Origin: Botryllus schlosseri
Lineage: Eukaryota
DNA: 64,000 nucleotides
Assembly (NCBI GenBank): GCA_051294905.1
Contig: CM119385.1
Location: forward strand, 16,058,001-16,122,000
Direction of reading: 5' to 3'
The translations under genes were made by a program, and so were the position numbers. Below the pieces are notes generated by a model. That model was not told the origin of the DNA. It did no database searches and worked only from the letters and a program-made list of their open reading frames with translations. How positions within the stretch are numbered: the first letter of the stretch is position 1; each line of letters starts with the position of its first letter. Below are positions 55,101 through 64,000 of the stretch, one piece after another.

Positions 55101-58100
55101 CACCCATGCCAAGAACACCAACAACGGTACTAGTACATACACACATAAACGACATTGAAGCTCGCATAGACAACGGGGCATTGAAAATTTCCAAGGCAAC
55201 GCAGACATATCTACGCTTCTACCTGTATGGTCCCGGGGTCGATGCCGGCCGAGTTATTGCTTGACGTTCTCTTGAACATGGCGACCCGTTCGGCCACAGA
55301 CAGCCTGGACGCGTCGCTGGTCGGCGAATCGTCGATATTCGTTTCTTTGAATGAGTTCGACGCGCTCAAAGACGTCGTGTCCGAATTTCCGCGACCTGCT
55401 TTTAGAAACAGGACATTTCTTACGGTGTCACCAGTGAATTTCGCACTTTGTGTATTATGTAATAACTAGGGCAAGTTTTTGCAACTTTTGCAACTTTTTT
55501 TTACAGCTTCCGGCAGCTTCCTAAATTCTCGTAAGATATGTAGAATGCTGTTTTAAGCTGTTTGAAGGAATCTTATAGTGCAACTTTTTGCAACTTTTGT
55601 CCATTTTTTTCATGCAACTTTTCGCAACGTTTTTGATTTTTCATGAAAGTATTTTCAATTTTGGTGAAATACACGGCTAAATTCGACTGAAACACCGTAA
55701 AACAGCACCGAAAGAACGATTTTACGGGTATTTCGGGAGCTGAGCCGGAAAATTGCCCCTTTTTTTTTAGTCAACCGAGCAAAATGTGGTCAAAATGCAA
55801 CTTTTGCAACTTTCTTCAAAAATAAATAAATAAATGCAACTTTCCACGGATTTAACTGCAACAAAAACTTGCCCTAGTAAGAACTATCATTATTATTTAA
55901 GCGATGCACCAACATTGTATTAGTAAATTTGTAAGTGAATGTTTTACGGAGTATGAGTGTGAATGTGATAAAGCACTTGATGAATTTGGCGCTACACACT
56001 TGGCATGGATGTAGTGATGTCTTAAGGATAGGGACTTGGAGCTGAAGAAAATTACGACATTATGAATGCAGGGCATTCTACATCACTCGAGCCGAATTGA
56101 AAAAAGTGGGTTGAACCGGATTGAACTCAAAACTGAACAGCCAACAGAACGACTTGGACTCAAACCACTACACTATGACTCGGACTCGACCCTCCACTTA
56201 GCGACTTGGACTCGGACTGGACCCGGTGGTGAATTGAAAATGACTCGACTCGACTCGAGTCAAAACTACAAAAGCGAGAATGACTTGTGACACGGAACCT
56301 CCGCGACTTGGTTACGACTCTGCAGCGCAATGCCCTTGACGCACGTCATACCTTTCTTGGCCTGCTTCTGACTGTGCCTATGCTTGTGGAGATTGTCCTG
56401 GATGTTGTTGTGCCGGTCCAACGACTTGGACTTGTGCGCGATCCTGCTCGAATCCGGATTGGCCACCAAGTTGTCCGAGCTGGCACGCCTGGCGATGAGA
56501 TGGCAGTCAGAAAACAATCGGCGAAAACCACCATCGGTGCAAGGTTCATGCATGTTTAGGGAAGCATGCGTCTAATGGAGGTGTTACTCCTTTGTCCATG
56601 CTGCATCTGACAACACTACGAGGTGCAGGGATTCGCTATGATCTTGCTAGCATGTTAAAGTTGAAACAGTCACTGGCGTAGTCAGGGAGCTCAATATGCC
56701 ACGTCCTTAATTTTTGTCACCCATACGTTATTATGTGCTCGGGTCATTGTAGAAAGTTAGACCCCTAACAATTTTCAACAGGATTTGATCCGAAGAAACA
56801 CGACTGCACTTCGGATTTGATCCGAAGAAACACGACTGCTAAGTTTTCAAGTTCCAGGGTCTTATTCGAGTATTCAAGTACACGCTTGTTTGTATAACTG
56901 ATGTAGCATGCCAGGCTGTGGAGTCCCTTCACTATACCGCCGACTCAAACTCCGATTCCGACTCGAGACATATTTAATACACCGACTCTTGACTCTGAGA
57001 AGCTTACACACACAAACTCCGACTCTAGCCTTCCTGTGAATTACACGTTTATTTAGTTATCAGTATTACTGAGTTCATCAACAATTTAGAATAAAATATT
57101 TGTGCTCGAACAAACACACCAAGTTTGCTAGGGACCGCCCATTCGAATAACTCAATAACCGCAACGACACTTTTGAGTAACATTTCAGATCATTTGCTCG
57201 GAATGCAAAGTAACCAGAGTCAGAGTCAAAGCATTTTAACAAGCTAAAAACTCCAAGTAAACGTCAAGTAAAAATGTAAAGAAACTACTCCACAGGCTTG
57301 GCCGTATGCCCATTACAACAAAGCGTCTACGATTAGTTAAGTTCGGCATGTCATGTCGGTCTTCTACTAAAAACTTAATCTCCGCACAGTGCGACCCAGG
57401 TCAGTGATACATGCGGCACAACAGTCACCGACATGCAGGCGCGGGCAGGACGCGCCCCTCTAACCTGGCTCCGGGATGATGAAAGAAATGGTCAGACCTG
57501 TGCGGGGACTGCGGTGTGCCGCTGCCGTCTAGGCTAAGCTCCGATTCCGCCCGGCTCGAGAGCACGTCGGAAAAGTCGTCTCTGCAACGAATTACAAGGT
57601 GCCATTAAAGGGAATTGGTAAACACGATGCAAATTGAACGGCCCCGGTCGTACTGCCAGCGTAGCGCCTCGACTGAGGTTCTAGCAAAATCGAGTGCCTT
57701 TGCAGTTCAGCTCGCAGAGGTGGTCGAAGTAGACATCGTTACTACTAAACTACAAGCAGCCATTTTCAAGTAAAAAAGTAAGAATTCCAGGATTAATCAG
57801 GTCTACATAACTGTAGCGAAAGTAGGCAAAACTAACTTGAGTATTCTTAACAAGTAGAAGTACTTTGACCACCAGTCGATACGAGAAGGCCGCGCTACGT
57901 TGGCAATAGAACAGGGTTCGAAATCGACCGAAACCATTTGACAAGCGATTAGAATCAAGTTTCGATTTCACAAATTCTACGAAAACCGATCACATTCGAA
58001 AGAAAAAGTTATCGATACAAAAAGGTGCCCCGTTTCGTACTGTCGCGTAACGGACTTGTCTCAGTCCGAGCGGACTTGAAACGCGTCGAAAAGAAATAGA

Positions 58101-61100
58101 GCTGTCACAGGAAAGTAATCGGACAAGCGACTGCACAACTTGTGCACTGAAACTACTACACAGTCAATCACGTAACACCGAGATTTTGTTGATCAGTTTC
58201 AAATTATTCAGAACAAATTGAAAGTTAACAAGGCATCGATTTGATTAGTGCGAGCGGAATGAAGTTGCTGTGAGAAATTCGACACAGGATATCGAACAAT
58301 TATCCTGGAAATATCTCTACGACCGTGAACAGCGTAATCCACAGTTTTGAAATATAGATGTGATGCACAATTAATACTTAATTCTAACACCGAAACGTAA
58401 TACGACTATTAAAATATATACTGACGAATAAAATAGCGGCAGGCAGATTAGATAGAAAACTAATTTTGTCTCTCATACAACATTGTGACAATGCAGACGG
58501 TTTCGTCCAAGAAATGTGATTGATGTGAATATTAATAGGCTTAAATAACCGTGAAGGGAGCACACTTTGTGCAAAATGTCTACATTCGCTAGGCAACTCA
58601 AATTGTTGTAATTTCCACAACTCAACATGTGTGTGAAGTAACGGTCAAGGTTTTCAATCAAGTCCAGGTTCGATTTGGCATAACAAATAAAGTTGGATTA
58701 ATATAATGTCAATTCGACAGCAAACCCAACAGAACAAAACAGTTCATCGATACGAATTAAACAAAAAAATTACAGGAAACAAAATTTTGATAAAAAGCGA
58801 TTCTTACACATCTGTAACGGCAACCAACGGAGTTTCGCCGCTACCCCTGAAATTCATTTCATCAAATACAAAAACCAGATGCCGTGGTCAAAATAGTGAA
58901 AAAGATATTTATTTTGAAACCAGAGAGACGCGTCAGGACTTGCAATCGAGTGGAACACCACAGTCTCGACGACCAGAAAGCAGGAAGAGAATCTCTCCAA
59001 AAATTACCACTTTCAAAATTTCTCTACCAGTTTCAAAAGGTACTTCACAAATTCGCGCCCCAAAATCTGAAGACTGCAATATACAACTGCATAACATATT
59101 CGTATTGAAATAAACCCGACGTCGCAGGCATGAAATTCGCCTTGAATATTCATATTTTTGTGTCGGCGACGTCATATTTGTTTGATATACAAAGTGCTTT
59201 TGAATTCTCTACTAGTTTCTGAGGATGATCCTTGGCGATGGTCAGCTGATAATATTCGGGTTCATTTCAATATGAACATGTTACAGAAGTAGAACTGTAT
59301 CTGTCAACAGCCCATGCGCTGCTGCGAATTTGTGCCGTTTCGGAGATATGTTTCAACGTAACGACACAATCGGCTAAGTCGTCCAGGAGTAGTGGCGTTT
59401 ATACTCTAAAACTCTTCTAAGCATTCCGAAAACTACAAAGAAGAACTAGCACGGTCTAAAATCAATACCTCTACACCTACGACTGACGATTACAGTAAAT
59501 TACAGTCCCGGGCAGTGGCGTCAACTCACATCTCTGTCACCGTGATGTACGTGTGCGGTATGAGGCCGTCCTTGCCGTTGTAGCTGCCCTCCCACCAGTC
59601 TTCGGACGCGCGTTTTGTCAGGGTCAAGACGTCGCCCTTGCGAAATGATAGTTCGCGCGCCGAACGGCCCTTATACTCGTAACGGGCGACGGCTTCGTAA
59701 ATTCTTTCCGATTCTGAAAATGTGATTCGAAAAGTCCCGATTATCATAAACGTTGATTAAACGTCCGTTTACTGTAGGTTACACTGTTTTATGTGTAGAT
59801 GCTCGTTGTTGACTTATGTTCCTTCTCGAAAGAGCTACGTGGAGATACAGAGCTACAATATACAATTGCATGGTATATTCGTATTGAAATGAACCCGAAT
59901 ATTTTCGGCTGACACTCATCAGGGGTGATCATCAGGAAATAGTAGAAAATTGAATGACTATGTTTTTCTAATTCTCTACTAGTTGCCGACAATGCCCCTT
60001 GCGTGTTTCAGCCGAAAATATTCGGGTTTATCTCAATATGAACACACTATTCAATTGTTTCATCTCTGTATACATAGGTTTGTTCACAGGCGACAGCTAT
60101 TTTAAAAGCTAGTTTTACGACCTGCTTTGTTTTGCGGTAGACCTATTCCAGAGATTCCTTAGATGACACCGCTTAACTGTGAATATACATTTCAACCTTC
60201 ATCTACCGAGCATGGAATTTGAAATCGATTTAAAAAGTGACCTCAATAAGTGTCCTAATATTATTAGAAGCAGTTGTGACGGAATTTCAGTTCGACTTTC
60301 GGATGAATCTGAATTGCTTACCTAGCTAGGCACGGACACGGATGTCACCATGATGACTCTTGACTTGGGTTTTAATACATGCCTACTGTTTTATTTCCAT
60401 GACAGTACCTATCAACACATCGACGAGGTCGTGCTGTTCAAAGTACGGTACCGGTAGTGCGCGAATAAAAAAGATGAATTCCATCCCGTTCAAGGTTACG
60501 AACATCAAAACAGTCATCAATTATTCATGGCATTACGTGAATATGCTTTGTGCCCGTCCTGTTCGATTTTCAGAAAAGATTATTTGTAGATACAACGCAA
60601 ACGCATCGACAACTGGACCAGTGCCTTGCGATTAACACTTGGGACGATCGCTTTTATAACAAGCCCATGTCCGATATAATCGAAATTTGAATTTTCCAAG
60701 ATAACTATATGCTGGAGAAGGCTTTGAAAAGACCCATGTTGCAAATTGGGTTGGCTTTGAGCAAGTGGCATTCGCTTCATTTCAAATTATAGTTATTAGA
60801 GGCCGAGAATTACACATATAGGTAAGTCGTACATTGCTTCTTTGTGACGAGGCAAATTCAAAGACTGCATACCAATTACAGCCAGGGTTGCCATCGACAT
60901 GGATGAAAAACTGAGGACAGGCAAACGCGATGTTTGTTAACTGATGACTGAAAAAAGGTCAACACTTTATCCAGTCCTAATCACGACCTTATTGTCGAAG
61001 GTCAGGTCAAACTTGCCGCAAATAAGTACAGAATAAGCCACCCAAGTCTCGAGAAACAAGGATAATATGGTTTAATCAAACTTTGATCAACAAAATAATG

Positions 61101-63137
61101 ACAATTCTGAGAAATAAGGATGATACTCTAAGATACTCACCATCGTCACTAACGCTGGACACCGCATCCACGCTTTGATGTTCTTCGGATAGCTTATCGT
61201 CATCGTCTGCGTTTGTTGTTTTCTCGCCACCGTCTGGCGCGTTTTCTTCCACGAATTCCTCGGAAGCCATTAATTTTTCATACTTGGGCCCGTCTAATGA
61301 CTCGGGGAATATATCGTCGTGGTACATGATGATAGTCTGAAAAACCGCCCATTAACAGTAAAGACCACGTCTGCCATACTAATATATCGCCAATTTTAAA
61401 TCCCGCAATTAGCAACCACGTTTTCATTGTAATGTGACAGGAAGTGACATTGAACACTTTCTGTTGGATACATATTACATTCGGACACAACAAAAACAGC
61501 AAAATAATTTGAGAACGGCTCCAGATTTGAAACGCTACTATTCAGAAATACAGTAGAACTATAAAAGATAGACGGGGTCTTTTGAAGGTTATTATTTTGC
61601 CATTACGGGTCATTGTCAGAATACGTTTAGTACCTCTATACTAGCAGGTTGAATAATTTCAGAAAAAGCATCGCACAGAAGTGATTTTCTTACATTCACC
61701 TAATCTAATATGCGTTTACAAATATAGTATGGTAACTATGGTCACACGTCGGCTGCATAACTTTGAGTCTCTGTTGAAACAGGTCGCAAACTTCTGTCTT
61801 TATAAAGTTGCAGCAAACACTTCAGAAATGACAGTGCCACATTCACCATCTATTCAGCCAATCGCCCCAAGTTGCAAAACATGACACCCGAATTTGCACT
61901 GTGATCAAACCCCAACCCGTCTTTGTTAAATCCTTGAGTCACGGACACCGACAGTATGCATCACACCTCGTAATCTCCTGTACACAATGCGTTAATCATT
62001 AATCTCTACCGGGCCGCGCACCTTGATGATTTCATTGACGTTGGCTTGGCAAGACACTTGATCGTAACTTTCCGGAACTTGCAACAGCGTCGGGCCGAAG
62101 CAGACCGCGAGATTGTAGGCGTCCATCATATTTTCGTCGTTGTGCTGGGACAAACTGAAACGGAAGCAAATAAGCTGACAACATTGCCGCAATAAAATTT
62201 GCCTACAGATGTGTCCCAACATAATCTTCGATTGGGGCAAAATGGAATAAAAAATACCAGTATTTTGGTAACGATTAGCTCATATAGCAGGATTTCTACG
62301 AAACTAGGAAGCTGCTCAAAACTACACGTGTAAAAATAGGGCCTCAATTGGGATTCACAAATTGGTTCAAAATCCGGATTAAAAAATCCATCGAATCTGT
62401 GAATCAACCTAAAATTTTCACTTGAACACCTGCATAATTTCTAATTAGCCTACCATTACCAAAATACCAATCACGAATCAGATAGCCTATAGTCTATCAT
62501 AATTTTTATGGAGACAATTTTAAGAGGTATGCCAACTCGAATTCAAATATCGACTGGCGAAATAGCTATGTCATCATCATGACTGATCCGTGAGTACATG
62601 TCCATTTTGGGGACAGGCTCAACAACATCATTGAGGTAACATAAAATGGTTTTCTGCATCACAATGGTGACACCTTCCATAATTATATTTCCATAATAGA
62701 TGAAGCATTACTATGCAGCTGTAAAGTCGAGTACGCATGAAGCTAATGAATAGCAGGCATGAGAGATTGATGTAGCAATGTTATGTCTAATAATGTTATG
62801 CAACATGTATCAGATCAATTTATGGCGTAATGATGACACCAGCTTCGGAATTTTATGGAACGCTAAATTCAATCACCCTACATCAATATCCCACGCGACT
62901 AAATCCGCCCACAAATGACAGTATTATGAATTTGATTCGATGGCGACATAATACCGATCAATATCATTGATCTGACTGCGTGATCACAAGGAAATTATGC
63001 TAAAAATATACAGGACACAAATCATACTTACTGATTGAGGAAAGCAAAAAGGTAACGCATAACCACCAACACGGATTCGGGAATATTTAGAAGCGTCCGT
63101 CGAATACTCTCAACTCTTTTCTCTGAGTCTTGAATAT
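52169..63137 (-). CDS. SRGAP: SLIT-ROBO Rho GTPase-activating protein (srGAP/ARHGAP4 family), 3' exons; gene continues beyond the right edge
   Basis: Minus-strand exons: 63032-63137 ([25 protein letters not shown]), 62022-62154 ([44 protein letters not shown]), 61141-61336 ([11 protein letters not shown]), 59530-59713 (SH3: [21 protein letters not shown]...RASEDWWEG...DGLIPHTYI), 57498(or 57465)-57581 ([14 protein letters not shown]), 56352-56488, 55223-55395 (DPGTIQ), 53317-53419 ([13 protein letters not shown]...[10 protein letters not shown]), 52169-52452 (TAA). Phases match. These motifs closely resemble remembered vertebrate srGAP sequences. The acceptor of the last exon is less certain. 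Confidence 0.93.
54158..54205 (-). CDS. SRGAP: Candidate 48/51-nt cassette microexon of srGAP with a NAGNAG acceptor
   Basis: Minus strand reads gacgCAG CAG|aaaggc...aaactc|GTAAGG. Phase 0-0; encodes (Q)[16 protein letters not shown]. Confidence 0.5.
54431..54661. mobile_element. hAT-type MITE (same family as 2980-3263)
   Basis: Ends CAGTGGTTCTCAAAC / GTTTGAGAACCATTG; perfect TSD GGCTAACG. Confidence 0.88.
55466..55877. mobile_element. MITE with GCAACTTT internal repeats (superfamily uncertain, possibly PIF/Harbinger-like)
   Basis: TIR CTAGGGCAAGTTTTT / AAAAACTTGCCCTAG, flanked by TAA on both sides. Confidence 0.75.
56130..56322. repeat. Partial GACTCGAGTC-family MITE end
   Basis: 'ggtggtgaattgaaaatgactcgactcgactcgagtcaaaactac...gacttggttacgactctg' matches the end of the 11264 and 39492 copies. 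Confidence 0.7.
56781..56839 (+). repeat. Exact 27-bp direct repeat (32-bp period)
   Basis: GGATTTGATCCGAAGAAACACGACTGC twice, separated by ACTTC. Confidence 0.9.
58808..58846 (-). CDS. SRGAP: Candidate 39-nt cassette microexon of srGAP (after SH3)
   Basis: Minus strand reads aatttcAG|gggtagcggcgaaactccgttggttgccgttacagatgt|GTAAGA. Phase 2-2, no stop; adds [14 protein letters not shown]. Confidence 0.5.
59095..59280 (+). repeat. Penelope-like 3' fragment; hammerhead degenerate
   Basis: 'gacgtcata...gatatac...ttttgaattctctactag...aatattcgggttcatttcaatatgaac' is shared with the other copies; the core is mutated. Confidence 0.65.
59868..60057. mobile_element. Inverted pair of Penelope terminal repeats
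   Basis: 59868-59950 (minus copy, intact hammerhead) faces 59968-60057 (plus copy, degenerate core). Confidence 0.75.
59893..59926 (-). ncRNA. Minimal type I hammerhead ribozyme motif, intact core, sense to srGAP pre-mRNA
   Basis: Minus strand ACCC-CUGAUGA-GUGUCAGCC-GAAA-AUAUUC-GGGU; identical to the 24004 copy except at the variable N7 position. Confidence 0.7.
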
Positions 63138-64000
63138 CTGAAGCAAAAAAATTCCGCGTCATTGCATTCGTGTAGATCATCAGCGGGATATGTCCAGGAG
63201 TTTCAAAGCCAACGGAAACAATTTAGTTCAGTTCTCCGGTATATCAAATGGATTTGTTTAGCAGGATTTCTGTGACTCACAACAGTTGTATAAGAAAAGT
63301 CTGTAAACGAAAGTACAGCGCAGATCTTTGATCTTGGCCGGTAATTGGCAGAGACAAGCATGAATCAGGTCTCGAAAACACTTCAGGTTCCGATCGCTTT
63401 TGGATTCACCTGTTCATTACTATTTTCAACTGGACTAGACAGGTTCATCTATCGGACAGAAATTGAGATTGTCCAACAAATTCAGCCTTGAATATCCATG
63501 AATGGCCTAGGTTGCGACTTGGACATTTGCCTGTTGAAGATTTGCAATTCAAAATCATAAATATACTCAATTCCTGGCAAGGGCAACTGCACGTTGTGGC
63601 GTTAACGGTAAACAAAATTGAACCACATCATTTCATGCGCGGAAGTCAATGAAACGTAGTCATCCCCATGAGTCATTGCTTGCCTCCGACCAAATGAGGC
63701 CGCAGTCATAAATCTAAATTACCCTGAGCCAATACAGTTCTGAAGGCAGCAAAAACAAACAGTCTGCATCACTATTGCAGCGCTTATGACAAACGGCTTT
63801 ACATTCAGTGCGACAATGATAACAACGCACATTATGTTCGTCGGTGATCTCACATTGCGTCAATATCACTAAAAAAAAGGTAAGCCTGTCAGATCCTAGC
63901 AACAAACTGAATAGAGAGATGCATACGTCAACTAATCAGGAACAATGAGCTACGATTACATGAATATGCATCACATAAATGAATGCAACTTCACTAGGAC

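Noticed and set aside
58706-59113. 135-aa plus-strand ORF as a nested gene
   Set aside because: No recognisable domain or splice context; it overlaps a Penelope fragment and the antisense of a candidate microexon.
63330-63900. Cys-rich minus-strand peptides ('FTVNATTCSCP', 'CYHCRTECKAVCHKRC') as a SWIM/MULE or C1 domain
   Set aside because: Short, broken by stops, no TIRs or consistent frame; similarity is too weak to call without a profile search.
334-63905. Most short ORFs in the supplied six-frame track as independent genes
   Set aside because: They are off-frame or antisense shadows of GC-rich exons, read-throughs of exons into introns, or TE remnants; none has independent support.

Overview
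Animal (eukaryotic) genomic DNA with two convergent multi-exon genes in transposon-rich introns. (1) Plus strand, about 1.5-49.07 kb: a polycystin-1-like (PKD1 family) receptor/channel gene. I reconstructed 62 exons by hand, and the frame stays consistent through every junction (at least 3,338 aa; the N-terminus/signal peptide was not found). Domain order: 8 complete FN3 repeats plus a partial one, PAN/Apple, PKD-like, REJ interrupted by a second PAN domain, GAIN/GPS, TM1, PLAT, TM2-5, TOP plus TRP-like S1-S6, coiled-coil tail. The GPS lacks the catalytic His, and furin-type sites occur in the ectodomain, one just before the GPS. One intron probably uses a GC donor. (2) Minus strand, about 63.1-52.17 kb: the 3' part of an srGAP-family gene (RhoGAP end, SH3, C-terminal coiled coil), with candidate in-frame microexons. 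The introns hold at least 13 hAT-type elements with 8-bp TSDs, CR1/L2-group LINE 3' ends, a tRNA-derived SINE and fragments of a Penelope-like element. The Penelope terminal repeat carries a minimal hammerhead ribozyme; two copies have an intact core, and one of these lies in sense orientation in an srGAP intron. Many introns are 54-69 nt, which suggests a compact invertebrate genome, possibly a tunicate (inference only). All alignments and family assignments were made by eye; no database search was run.
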